This document shows positions 12,007-24,876 of a stretch of 64,000 nt of DNA, piece after piece; positions within the stretch are counted from its first letter, which is position 1; each line of letters starts with the position of its first letter. Position numbers and translations under genes: made by a program. The notes beneath the pieces are model-generated. The model saw nothing but the letters and a program-made list of their open reading frames with translations, was not told the DNA's origin and did no database searches. The stretch comes from Eledone cirrhosa (taxonomy: Eukaryota): NCBI GenBank assembly GCA_964016885.1, contig OZ024743.1, positions 337,156,001-337,220,000 of the forward strand. The letters are read 5' to 3'.

Positions 12007-12868
12007 CTAGCAGTGGTACCCGGCGTTGCACGGGATAAGGTATTTTGGAACGCGGGCTGCCAACTAATCGTAGAAAAACTGCATGCATGGACAATATGTA
12101 AAGAAAATAAACCGAATACTCTGATGGCTGGATAATCTTTAAGATTTTCCTCGATGAAGCAGGAAAAATGCAGGTTTTCACTTAATGCGGGCCCGAGGGG
12201 ATCAAGAAAATGAATTTTTTTTATGTGCTTAATATGCCTTGAAATTTCAGGAAAATCGGCTAGACGTAACGCCTCCAAAAAGCCCTAAAAAGCTGAAAAA
12301 ATGAAGTTTTTCACCTAATGCGGGCCCTAGGCCATAAAAAAGTTGGATTTTCTTTGCTCACGGTATGAAGAAGAGACTGACTAATACATAGTTACTATTT
12401 CAAGGAAATTGGTCTGACGTAATGCCTAAAAAAAACAAAAAAAGCTTTAAAAACACAGTTTTTCACCTAATGCAAGCCCTAGGAGATCAAAAAGTTGAAT
12501 TTTTTTATGTGCATAACACTTCCTGAAACATAAGTAATACACACACACACACACAGACAGACATCCTCAGGGAAGGGACGTAATGCCAACAACCAGACAT
12601 ACAGACAGATATTATAAGGGCGCGACGTTATATGTATGTATCTATCTAAAAAGAGAAAGACTAAGAATTATAGAGAGAGATCGCTAAATCACCTAATGCG
12701 GTCCCTAGGGCATTGAAAATTTGAAATTATTTTTGCTCAGAACACTCCCTGAGACATAAGTATTACATGTGTAAAGTTTGAAAAGAGTCGGTTGGGTGGT
12801 TCTCGAGTTTTAGGGATTCAAACTCACACACACACGCAGACAGACATCCTCAGTTTTATATATATAGA
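12007..12868 (-). mobile_element. Non-autonomous Helitron-type element
   Basis: The minus strand starts A|TCTATATATATAAAACTGAGGATGTCTG and ends CCCGTGCAACGCCGGG-TACCACTG-CTAG|T. These are the 5'-TC / 3'-CTAG termini, subterminal hairpin and A^T target of Helitrons. Confidence 0.8.
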
Positions 12869-12957
12869 TTATCTATTGAGTACGCTGAAATACAACCGGT
12901 CCTGGCATTGTTAAATACGCCGGGTCCGTCAACTTCTTATTATTATATATATATATA

Positions 12958-13171
12958 AAAACACACAGTCCACGCTGTAATGTGGCCGTGTACGTAACAC
13001 GGTAAAAAGTTCCCAGTACCACACTGTAAATGTGGTTGGTGTTAGGAAGGGCATCCAGCTGTAGAAAACCTGCCAGATAGTCCTATATGAGTGAGACACG
13101 GTCACCCGACCAACCTTGCCTCAAATGGGACAACACCCGTCTAACCCATGCTAGCGTGGAAGATGATGATG
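12958..13171 (+). mobile_element. RTE 3'-end fragment or RTE-tailed SINE
   Basis: Matches the 3' UTR of the 7912-11220 subfamily and ends CCATGCTAGCGTGGAAGATGATGAT. Confidence 0.75.
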
Positions 13172-13485
13172 AATATTATTTATTTATGTTTATACACAAC
13201 AAAAGTGATATCTAAGGTTTCAAGCCCCAATATTGACTATATTTCTAGAGTGTAAGATAGATCAAAATTGTAACCTAATCTTCAGGCGCTTATATGAGTA
13301 TATGATCTTATAAACCATAGAAACCATACCAGAATGGGCAATATGCGTGACACAGTCATCTGACCTGTCTAACTTCTGAATGTAACAACCATGCAAGCGT
13401 GGAAAATAGATGTAAAATGATGATGATGATTTAATTATTTACATAATTTTTCATTTTTTTTGTCACTGTTTATTTCTCCTTGTAG

Positions 13486-13644
13486 AAATATTTCCAATTA
13501 AAATGTCTGCAGTGTGAAAGCAGTGAAACCACTAACAGTTTATCTCATGATATCATTGATATTGAAGAGCAGTATTTCCCACCATGTATGTCTTACCTCC
13601 ACAGAGAACTGCGTTCTAAACACAGATTGAAACACCACTCTCGT
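13486..13644 (+). CDS. Internal exon of a DNA primase large subunit (PRIM2/p58)-like gene
   Basis: Polypyrimidine-TGTAG acceptor and GTAAGC donor, 159 nt, phase 0/0. Encodes KYFQLKC...QYFPPCMSYLHRELRSKHRLKHHSR, matching the PRIM2 motif FPPCMxxLHxxLRxxHHLxHxxR (first Fe-S Cys). Confidence 0.85.
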
Positions 13645-13854
13645 GTAAGCTGAATTATTATTATTTTTTTGTTGTTGTTTTGGGCTTTCTGAACCCCTTT
13701 GTGTTAATGAAGAATTTGGAGTGAGTTACTAGAACTCAGTTCACTCCGGCCTGTCTGTTGTTAGCCACTTGTGGACAAAAATAAACTTGTCAATTGAAGG
13801 ATCTAAATCTGAATTACTGGGGCACCAGAAATGTAATATTTTGAGGTATTCACT

Positions 13855-16800
13855 CATCATCATCATCATCATCACCGTTTTACGTCCGTTCTTCCACGCT
13901 AGCATGGGTTAGACGGGTTGTCCTCTTGTGGGCAGTGTCTGGTCGGCTGACCATGCCTTGCTCATACAGGAACTGATTTGGCTTGATTTCTACAGCTGGA
14001 TGCCCTTCCTAACACCAACCTCATTTACAGTGAGTGCTGGGTGCTTTTTCGTGGCGCCTACACGTCCACTTTACAGTGTGGGCTGGGTGCTTTTTTGCCG
14101 TGGCACCTCCACGACCACCTTGCAGTGGGAGGGTGTGGGGGCATATTGTCTATATGCTTCAGCTTGTACCCATGGGAGGTTGGGTACTCTGTATTACTGC
14201 GTGACACCAGAGGTCACGGTCGTGTGTCATTGCCTTTGAGAGGTGTAATTGTGTAAGGTCGGCTTTTATCACCTCATCTCAGGTCATCTTGGGTCTCCCC
14301 ACTCCGCGGTTTCCATCGACTTCTAGTGCTCTGCACCTTTTTATGCAGCTGTCATCCTTCATACGCATCACATGTCCATATCAACGCAACCGCCTCTCCT
14401 GCACACAGCATTTGATTCCTCTTATGCTCAGTCTCTCTCTCAATTCATTTATACTTTGCCGTTCGCGTATATTACTATTACACATCCATCGGAGCATGCA
14501 GGCTTCGTTTCTCTCTAATCTACGTAAGTCTTCCACCTTCAGCGCCCAGGTCTCACTACCATGTAACATTGCTGTTCGGATACACGTATCATACAGTCTG
14601 CCTTTCATTTTGAGGGAGAAGCCTTTTGCAGCTAGCAGTGGCAGTAGTTCCCTGAACTTCTTCCATCCCGTTCTTACCCTAGTTATTGTACTTTCTGAAC
14701 ACCCACCTCCGCTACTAATTCGGTCACCTAGGTAGCAGAAGCTGTCTACTGTCTCTTCAGAGCCCTCCCAGAGATTGGTGGTACTTGTTTCCTGTGGCTG
14801 TTTGCTGCTTGCTGTTCCAGTACAGCTGCTGCATGTGAAGCCTACATTCTTAATTAAGCTTCCTGAGATCCCGCTACATCTCTTGTGTACCCATTGTTTG
14901 CATTTGGGGCAGAGAATAGAGTCCCTACCTACACCTTTCCTACATACTGAGGAAGGCCATTTCCCTGAGGGGATCTGGGTTCTGTTTTCTCATCTACTTA
15001 CAAGGACCTTGAGACCCTTTCCTTCTAGTCTCTGCTTCCAAGTTTGGAATTTCTTCTCTAGTTCTACTATAGATTCAGCTATAAGTGCGAGGTCATCAGC
15101 ATACAGGAGTTCCCATGGACATCCGGTCTTAAACTCCTCCGTTATTGCCTGCAGGACTTTGATGAACAGGAGAGGGCTAAGAACAGAGCCCTGGTGGACA
15201 CCATCCTGTACGCTAAATTCCTTGCTATACTCATTGCTAATCCTAACTTTGCTGACTGCTCCCATATACATGGCTTGTACAGCTTTCACAAGCCATTCAT
15301 CTACTCCTAGTTTTCTAAGAGCCCACCAGATTACAGCACGTGGAACTCTGTCAAAGGCTTTCTCGAGATCGACGAATGCCAGGTAGAGTGTCTTACTTTT
15401 AGCTAGGTACTTTTCCTGTAATTGCCTCACAAGGAAGAGGGCATCAGTGGTGCCTCTTCCTGGTACAAACCCAAATTGCATCTCATCTAGTTTCACCCGG
15501 TCCCTAATCAACTGTGCTATAACTCTTTCTGTTACTTTCATGACCTGGTCCATCAACTTTATAACCTCTATAGTTTCCTCTATCGAGTGCATCACCTTTA
15601 CCTTTGTAGCAGTTGACAATGATGCTACTTCTCCAATCTTTTGGTATGACACCTAGTATTACCTGATTAACAATACGTGTGGTTATAGTGTGACCTACAG
15701 ACCCAGATGCCTTCAGCATCTCGGCAGCTATACCCGATGGACCGGTTGCCTTCCCCATCTTCATATCTTTGATTGCCTTACTTACTACGCTGCTGCTGAC
15801 TTGTACTGCTGGCCCCTCTATAGAGTCTACTTGGGGTAGGGTCTCTTCTTCCCATGCATTCTCTTCATTTAGTAATCTATCATAATGACTCTTCCATGCA
15901 TCTTTCTTCTCAGCACTTGTGAGGGCAAGCTCACCTTTATCATTCCGGATACACTTCTCTCCAATGACATCACAATTCTCTCTGACACTGCCTCGCAATC
16001 TTGAACACCTCCTGTTTTTGGTCCTCACGTTGCAAAACATGCTTGAATTTTCTATCCTCTGCTTCCCTCCTAGCTAAGTATACTTGTCGCCTAGCTTCCC
16101 TCTTGGTCTCTATATAATGTACCCTGCTTCCCCCGTTCTTCCATTCTTTCCATGCCTGTCTCTTGGCCTTAACTGCCTCGTCTACCTTATTGTTCCACCA
16201 CCAAGTCACTCTCCTCCTGCTTGTGGTCTTACTCCACCCACAGACCTCATCCGTCGCCTCTAGTAAGTTATTTTTTAGGAACTCCCCGTTCTCTTCTACA
16301 TTGAATGTCTCTATCTGTTCTTCTCTACTGTCGTAGGTGTTGAGTAAAATATCTTTAAATCTGTTACTGGCTGAGGGGTCTTTCAGCTTCCAGATCTTTC
16401 TTCTCCAGGTTGGCCTCTGTTTCCAGGTTCGTCTAGTTCTGACCGTGAGGTCGCTGACAACTAAGCTATGTTGGGAGGTACATTCCTCACTAGGGAAGAC
16501 TTTTGTGTTTACGACCGTCCATCTGTCACGTCCTCTGATGAGGGTAAAATCTATCTGACTAGAATGCTCCCCTGATCTATAGGTGATCAGGTGGTTGTCG
16601 GGTTTTTTGAAGTTTGTGTTACATATCGAAATGTCATTGGCGTCGCAGAATTCTAGAAGTCTGAATCCTTCTTCATCTCTTGTGCCAACCCCATGGCCTC
16701 CAATGACTCTATTGAAGCCATCACAGTGTTTACCTACGTGTCCGTTAAAATCTCCTGCGATGATTAGGAAGTCATTGTCATTTGTTAGAGCAGTAGTGTG

Positions 16801-17520
16801 CATTAGGGACTCGTAAAATCTATCCTTAAGTTCGTCTGGCAACCCCGATTGGGGTGCGTAAGCTGATATTATTGTGGTAATTGTTTTATTCAGGACTAGT
16901 CTAAGTTTAATGATTCTTGCATTGTGATTACTTTATCTACCCACTTGTCAGCTAGTAGTATACCTACACCACCCATCCCATCGTCATTTCCCACCCAGAA
17001 AAATTAGTAGCACTGACTTTTTCCTACAAGGACTCTAGCAGACTCTCCTCTCCATCTAGTCTCTTGCACACAGCATACATCAATTTCCTTTCGCTCTAGC
17101 ATTTCTACGATTTCTCCTGCTCTTCCTTTCATTGTGCTTACATTGATGGTACCAACTCGGAGTTTTGGGCATTTGTCGACACTCGTAGGGAAGGGTCGAT
17201 TTTTGCAGGGGTGTGCTTCCTCTCTCTGGATTGGAGTTTCACGTGGGTGCTTGGTAGCTCGCGGATTCATATTCATTTCATCTATTAATTCAGAGTTGCT
17301 CCAATTTATTCTCAGCTCATCCATACATAACGGTAGGAAAATTCAGGGCTAGAAGAACAGTGGTGATGGTAATAATGGCAGGCTGTGTTGGGCTGGGACG
17401 GGGGAGGAGAGAGTTAGGTAGTAGTAGTAGTAGTAGAAGAAATGGCATGCTGAGGTTTGATTGGTCGAATAGGCTATGGTGGATTGATAGGGTGGGTGGG
17501 AGGGAAATTGTGAGGTAGGT
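13855..17520 (-). mobile_element. Full-length but frameshifted RTE copy (same subfamily as 4100-7765)
   Basis: ORF pieces 17004-17324, 15970-16842, 15504-16040, 14990-15652 and 14381-14608 are near-identical to the intact ORF. The (CAT)n tail is at 13855-13874 and the shared leader ends at ~17520. The 5' UTR may extend to ~18000. Confidence 0.93.
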
Positions 17521-18059
17521 AGCCAGTCATGTCATCAAAATAACCGATAGAAATGAATGCAGCATGGCAAGATAACCGATAGAAATGAATACAGCAACAA
17601 TAATAATAATAATAGCCAGTCATGGCCTGTAGCCTTTGATGGAAAAATAGACAGATAGAGAGTCAGCATGGTAGGGGAAAATGAGGATAACAAAATAAAT
17701 GTGTTGTGGTAGCTGAAATACCTGACAAGATTTGTATGGATGGATGGCTGTAACTATCAGGAACACTACAGGAACTATCTACTAAACTAGGAATAAGACA
17801 TTTGAGGGAGTTACTAGATTTATTAGTTATTTCTGAAATAGGCCTAGCTGTGATTAAATTGAAGAATTTAAAGTCTAAATTAATAAAACTTTCAATTAAG
17901 TACACCATCTGAATCTATTGCCCTGTATTATTTATTATTCTATGCCTGCTGCTAATGATGAATTTAGAGGCCCAAGACCTGTATCTTTCGTGCCTGCTAC
18001 TAATGTTGCCTGGGAGAGGGGCTGTTAGCACTTGTTCATTCCTCCTTCCTTCCTTCTTG

Positions 18060-18844
18060 CTTGAAACAGTTTGTTAACATTGCCAGTAAAATTTATCATT
18101 TTTTGAACAAAGGACATTTCATTAAATCCCATTTTGCTATGTTCCTAACCAGAAAAAGAGATGGAAAACAAGATGTAATTTCTGCCTGAAATTACCTTCT
18201 TCCCATTCGAGTGTTCAAATTCATCTGAAGAACATACGTAGCCCATGTGTCAAGTTTGGTGAAAATCAGTTGCAAACTCCAGAAGTTATGACGTTTTGTT
18301 GCATTGAACTGCAGTGCTTCAGTCGACTCCAAGGAAGCAGTTAAAAGGGGTTATCTGCCCCCGGAGGGCCCTATAATCAATATCTGGAAAAATGAAAGTG
18401 CCTATGACCATCTGGAGTACATAAGTAACGCTGCTTGCTCGTATTTTTCTAACGCTCTTGCAAAAGCTTTACGTTCAGCATCTTGCGATCATCTAATTCC
18501 AGCTTCCATTGACGATTCATTTGCTTTTCTTCTTTTCCCTCTCTCAGCATTCGCCGTTTTACGACCAATGGTGGATCTATTCCTTGGAGGCATTATCTAA
18601 GGAAAGAGGATGTAACACACTAAGAGGAGTAAAATGTTAACCAACAATTATTTAAGTTTCACACATGTGAAACTTGAAAATTTTATGACTCCACAACACT
18701 TCTGGGAACATAACACGTTTGTTCCAAATTTGAAGAAAATCGGTTGCAAACTGTAAAAGTTATCTGGGTACGGACATACACACACACAAACATCCTCAGT
18801 TTTATGTATATATATATTCATATATGTGTATATATATATATAGA
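18060..18844 (-). mobile_element. Helitron 5' remnant including a RepHel N-terminus-like segment
   Basis: Same 5' terminal motif as 12868 (TCTATATA...AAAACTGAGGATGT). The minus strand at ~18595-18430 reads MPPRNRSTIGRKTANAERGKRRKANESS..., resembling animal Helitron RepHel N-termini. Another TC-type 5' end lies at ~19972. Confidence 0.55.
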
Positions 18845-20151
18845 TGCGTGTTTGTGTGTGGGGACATTGTAACTTCCCCGGACATACACACACACACATA
18901 GTCACAATACGCCTTGTGTGAAAGATAGAGAGAGAAAGAGGCGTAAGGTTGAGGAAAGGGGAGAGTTTAACAGTGTGTAGAGAATAAATGAATAGATAAA
19001 AGTTAAAATTACCGAGCGAACGCTGCTATCATTTTCTTCTCTTCCCAATCCCTCCTCACTCTCTTTTGTTATACCCCCTCTCTCTCTCTCTCTCTCTCGC
19101 TCTCTCTCTCTCTCTAGTGGGGGAAGAATCCAAAAGGTCTCTGGAGCAGTGTCTAGAAAGGGAGTCATCAAATCTCAACCGTTACTCGGCTCATAATGGG
19201 GGAGAGGGAATCACATAAAGGTGGGTAATGGAATTTCTCAGGTAGCTAATCTTCTCAGGTGTGAGTCATTAGTAAACGCCTACGTTTTTGTTACCGAGAA
19301 CAACCCGAACGAAGTTTCACTTCAAAAACAGCTGCAAACAATTAACATACAGGTAGCATGAATATATGCTGACATACAATTTGATATTAATTCTTCTAAA
19401 CAATGTCATAGTGAGCCAACTTCCAGGTCGTCGGTCATCGCATTGAATCTTATCAGCAGACCCCGTTTGGTTAACGAATGCTGAAAGCTCCTGAACTACG
19501 TCTTTTTTGCTTGATATAAGTTGAGCGATAAGAAAATCGAAAGATTTAAAATGTTAGTTCTGTAGATAACTGCAAAAAAACAGGGTTCAAGTGAAAACGA
19601 GTTAGGTTTAAAAGGAGAATCTGTATAATGTAAATTGAATAGGGAATGCACATGTTTACAAGAACAACCTTGCCACGACACCTTGAAATATCGACAAAAT
19701 ATTTCTAAGTTGTTGAGTGGTGGGAGGGAGGATTTAACAGTAGTAGTATCTCCTCTTCCTTTTCTCTCACTGAAACGTCTTTCTTTCCTCCTCCATTGTA
19801 AAGATCGCCGCAGGGGTTCCATTATTAATTTTTATTGAAATCTAATTAGCAGTCCTGTTTCTGAATATTAGCTTAACATGTGTGTAAAGTTTCATCAGGG
19901 TCAGATCATTGGTGTAGGCGCCAACTGGTTATACACAGATACACAGACAGAAATTACCATTTATATAGTAGATTAAAGAACTGTTCCTGTTTATCTGGAG
20001 AAATGGTCAAAATTGAGCCTTGAAACCCTAAGATTTAGAAATATACACTCAGAAAAGGGAAAAATAATTGCTTAGAGTCTGAATACTGTGTCCCTATCCC
20101 TTGTCTGAATGTAGAAATATATTCCATGTGTGTATTAATTAAATATTTTAT

Positions 20152-20338
20152 TGTGGATTGGCAGTATCGGTAGAGGGTCGGACGCCATGCTTTCCAGCAT
20201 AGTTACGTCCCTTTACGGTCTGAGTTCAAATCCCGCCGAGGTTGACTTTGCCTTTCATCCTTATGGGGTCGATAAAATAAAGTACCAGTAATGCACTGGG
20301 TAATTGCTGGCCTTGTGGCTAAAATAGAAATAATTATT
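20152..20338 (+). mobile_element. tRNA-derived SINE with Meta-like central domain
   Basis: A-box TGGCAGTATCGG, B-box GAGTTCAAATCC, central GCCTTTCATCCTTATGGGGTCGATAAAATAAAGTACCAG. A near-identical copy lies at 59676-59862. Confidence 0.75.
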
Positions 20339-20828
20339 TAGATAGCAACTTAACATATGGCTCTTGTATAAAACCATGATGGAAGATTTTAATTTCAATA
20401 GGCACTTTGTAAAATGTAGGCAAACCTCATCTTATTTTTCTTCACAACATTCATCACTGGTTCTATTTTCCATTACTTCTCTCATCCATTCACATTCATC
20501 ATTCCTTTACACAATAATCAAGCATCTTATTCCATTTCTCTTCACATTTATCACTGGGTTTATTCCTTCCAACGAGTCACTTTCATCATTCGTCTATACA
20601 TGACCCAAACATGTCATTCCATTTCTCTTCACAATCCATGCTAGCGTGGAAGATAGACGTTAAACGATGATGATGATGATGATGAGGAACATTTATCACT
20701 GGCTCTATTCTAATCATCCTCTGCAATTCTTAGTCTAAAACATATATAATTTTCATCATCATCACCATCAATAATTTGTCTCAAACATTTAAACTTTTAA
20801 CCATTAGTATATTTTATCTTCACTAGAT

Positions 20829-20940
20829 AAGGCATGTGGCTTAGTGGTTAAAGTGTTGGTATCGTGATTATAAGTTTGTGGGTTTGATTTCTGGACTGGA
20901 GGAATGTATTGTGGAGCAAGATGTTCCATTTCACATTGCT
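20829..20940 (+). mobile_element. tRNA-derived SINE head directly upstream of the minisatellite
   Basis: A-box TGGCTTAGTGG and degenerate B-box GGTTTGATTTC; similar to the SINE heads at 44760-44867 (-) and 50960-51030. Confidence 0.55.
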
Positions 20941-21039
20941 TTTTGTGATAGAATTGGGGCCCCTACCATTAAAATATCTCAGAAACTTCCTATGGGATAC
21001 AACCTTGTAAGAGGCCAACTAAACCTGCAAGGGTGTGAG

Positions 21040-24000
21040 TTGTTACAACATGGTAGGGCTGGGACCCCTATAATTAAAACACCTGAGAAACTTCATATGG
21101 GATACAACATGATAGGGCTGGGACCCCTATCATTAAAACACCTGAGAAACTTCTTATAGGATACAACATGACAGGGCTGGGACTCCTATCATTAAAACAG
21201 GAGAAACTTCCTGTGGGATATAACATGATATGACTGGGGTCCTTATCATTAAAACACCCGAGAAACTTCTTATGGGATGCAACCTCATAGAGGCCAGCTA
21301 AACCTGCAAAGGTGTAAGCTGTTTCAACAACATAATAGGGCTGGGACCACTATTGTTAAAACACCTGAAGAACCTCCTACAGGATACATGAGAGGGCTGG
21401 GGACGCTATCATTAAAACACCTGAGAAATTTCCTATAGGATACAACACAATAGGGCTGGGGACCTTATCATTAAAACACCCAAGAAACTTCCTATAGGAT
21501 ACAACACGATAGGGCTGGGGACCCTATCATTAAAACACCCAAGAAACTTCCTATAGGATACAACATGGTAGGGCTGTGGACCCTATCATTAAAACACCCA
21601 AGAAACTTCCTATGGGATACAACACGGTAGGGCTGTGGACCCTATCATTAAAACACCCAAGAAACTTCATATGGGATACAACATGGTAGGGCTGTGGACC
21701 CTATCATTAAAACACTCAAGAAACTTCCTATAGGATACAACACGATAGGGCTGGGGACCCTATCATTAAAACACCCAAGAAACTTCCTATAGGATACAAC
21801 ACGATAGGGCTGGGGACCCTATCATTAAAACACCCAAGAAACTTCCTATAGGATACAACATGGTAGGGCTGGGGACCCTATCATTAAAACACTCAAGAAA
21901 CTTCCTATGGGATACAACACGGTAAGGCTGTGGACCCTATCATTAAAACACCCAAGATACTTCATATGGGATACAACACGGTAGGGCTGTGGACCCTATC
22001 ATTAAAACACCCAAGAAACTTCCTATGGGATACAACACGGTAAGGCTGTGGACCCTATCATTAAAACACCCAAGAAACTTCCTATGGGATACAACATGGT
22101 AGGGCTGGGGACCCTATCATTAAAACACTCAAGAAACTTCCTATAGGATACAACATGGTAGGGCTGTGGACCCTATCATTAAAACACTCAAGAAACTTCC
22201 TACGGGATACAACACGGTAGGGCTGTGGACCCTATCATTAAAACACCCAAGAAACATCATATGGGATACAACATGGTAGGGCTGTGGACCCTATCATTAA
22301 AACACCCAAGAAACTTCCTATGGGATACAACATGGTAGGGCTGTGGACCCTATCATTAAAACACCCAAGAAACTTCATATGGGATACAACACGGTAGGGC
22401 TGTGGACCCTATCATTAAAACACCCAAGAAACATCATATGGGATACAACATGGTAGGGCTGTGGACCCTATCATTAAAACACCCAAGAAACTTCCTATGG
22501 GATACAACATGGTAGGGCTGTGGACCCTATCATTAAAACACCCAAGAAACTTCCTACGGGATACAACATGGTAGGGCTGGGGACCCTATCATTAAAACAC
22601 CCAAGAAACTTCCTACGGGATACAACATGGTAGGGCTGTGGACCCTATCATTAAAACATCCAAGAAACTTCCTACGGGATACAACATGGTAGGGCTGGGG
22701 ACCCTATCATTAAAACACCCAAGAAACTTCCTACGGGATACAACATGGTAGGGCTGTGGACCCTATCATTAAAACACCCAAGAAACTTCCTACGGGATAC
22801 AACATGGTAGGGCTGTGGACCCTATCATTAAAACACCCAAGAAACTTCCTACGGGATACAACATGGTAGGGCTGTGGACCCTATCATTAAAACACCCAAG
22901 AAACTTCCTACGGGATACAACACGGTAGGGTTGGGGACCCTATCATTAAAACACCCAAGAAACTTCCTACGGGATACAACATGGTAGGGCTGTGGACCCT
23001 ATCATTAAAACACCCAAGAAACTTCCTACGGGATACAACATGGTAGGGCTGTGGACCCTATCATTAAAACACCCAAGAAACTTCCTACGGGATACAACAT
23101 GGTAGGGCTGGGGACCCTATCATTAAAACACCCAAGAAACTTCCTACGGGATACAACATGGTAGGGCTGTGGACCCTATCATTAAAACACCCAAGAAACT
23201 TCCTACGGGATACAACATGGTAGGGCTGGGGACCCTATCATTAAAACACCCAAGAAACTTCCTACGGGATACAACATGGTAGGGCTGGGGACCCTATCAT
23301 TAAAACACCCAAGAAACTTCCTACGGGATACAACATGGTAGGGCTGTGGACCCTATCATTAAAACACCCAAGAAACTTCCTACGGGATACAACATGGTAG
23401 GGCTGGGGACCCTATCATTAAAACACCCAAGAAACTTCCTACGGGATACAACATGGTAGGGCTGTGGACCCTATCATTAAAACACCCAAGAAACTTCCTA
23501 CGGGATACAACATGGTAGGGTTGGGGACCCTATCATTAAAACACCCAAGAAACTTCCTATGGGATACAACATGGTAGGGCTGTGGACCCTATCATTAAAA
23601 CACCCAAGAAACTTCCTATGGGATACAACATGGTAGGGCTGTGTACCCTATCATCAAAACACCCAAGAAACTTCCTATGGGATACAACATGGTAGGGCTG
23701 TGGACCCTATCATTAAAACACCCAAGAAACTTCCTACGGGATACAACATGGTAGGGCTGGGGACCCTATCATTAAAACACCCAAGAAACTTCCTATGGGA
23801 TACAACATGGTAGGGCTGTGGACCCTATCATTAAAACACCCAAGAAACTTCCTATGGGATACAACATGGTAGGGCTGTGGACCCTATCATTAAAACACCC
23901 AAGAAACTTCCTACGGGATACAACATGGTAGGGCTGGGGACCCTATCATTAAAACACCCAAGAAACATCATATGGGATACAACATGGTAGGGCTGGGGAC

Positions 24001-24560
24001 CCTATCATTAAAACACCCAAGAAACTTCCTATGGGATACATGGTAGGGTTGGGGACCCTACCATTAAAACACCCAAGAAACTTCCTATGGGATACAACAC
24101 GGTAGGGTTGGGGACCCTATCATTAAAACACTCAAGAAACTTCCTATGGGATACAACACGGTAGGGCTGTGGACCCTATCATTAAAACACCCAAGAAACA
24201 TCATATGGGATACATGGTAGGGTTGGGGACCCTACCATTAAAACACCCAAGAAACTTCCTATGGGATACAACATGGTAGGGTTGGGGACCCTATCATTAA
24301 AACACCCAAGAAACTTCCTATGGGATACAACATGGTAGGGCTGTGGACCCTATCATTAAAACACCCAAGAAACATCATATGGGATACATGGTAGGGTTGG
24401 GGACCCTATCATTAAAACACCCAAGAAACTTCCTATGGGATACAACACGGTAGGGCTGTGGACCCTATCATTAAAACACCCAAGAAACATCATATGGGAT
24501 ACATGGTAGGGTTGGGGACCCTATCATTAAAACACCCAAGAAACTTCCTATGGGATACAA
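21040..24560. repeat. 59-bp minisatellite (~59 copies) inside the PRIM2-like intron
   Basis: Unit GGGATACAACATGGTAGGGCTGTGGACCCTATCATTAAAACACCCAAGAAACTTCCTA(T/C). The register shifts by 1 nt per 60-nt line. Monomers are diverged at the left edge and homogeneous in the middle. Confidence 0.95.
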
Positions 24561-24651
24561 TGTCATAGGAGACCAGCTAAACATGTAAAGTGTGGTGGGG
24601 GGGGATTTTATTGTTTGTTTATTTTTTCCTTTATTTCCATTTCTTCTCTAG

Positions 24652-24876
24652 ATCCGTTACTCATTATTCTTAAAGGAAGCTGGTCTTCCTGTTCATGAAG
24701 CAATAATGTTCTGGAGAAATGAATACTCCCAGTCATGTGGTGATGCTAAAACAGATGGAAGCTGTACTCACTCCTGGCACAAAGATGAGAAACGCTATGT
24801 TTACAACATTCGACATTTATATGGCTTAGAAGGTTCTCGAGTTAACTACACAGCACACAGCTGCTCTCACATTCAG
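24652..24876 (+). CDS. Internal exon of the PRIM2-like gene (Fe-S domain core)
   Basis: TTCTTCTCTAG acceptor, CAG|GT donor, 225 nt, phase 0/0. Encodes IRYSLFLKEAGLPVHEAIMFWRNEY...RYVYNIRHLYGLEGSRVNYTAHSCSHIQ, matching PRIM2 QYGLFLKGIGL..ALxFW..YxYNIRHxxGxEGxRxxYxxxSC. Confidence 0.9.

Noticed and set aside
20152-20240. tRNA genes at A/B-box motifs
   Set aside because: No cloverleaf; the boxes continue into multi-copy SINE bodies.
21040-24560. CRISPR or ribozyme array in the 59-bp repeat
   Set aside because: No unique spacers and no CUGANGA/GAAA core on either strand.
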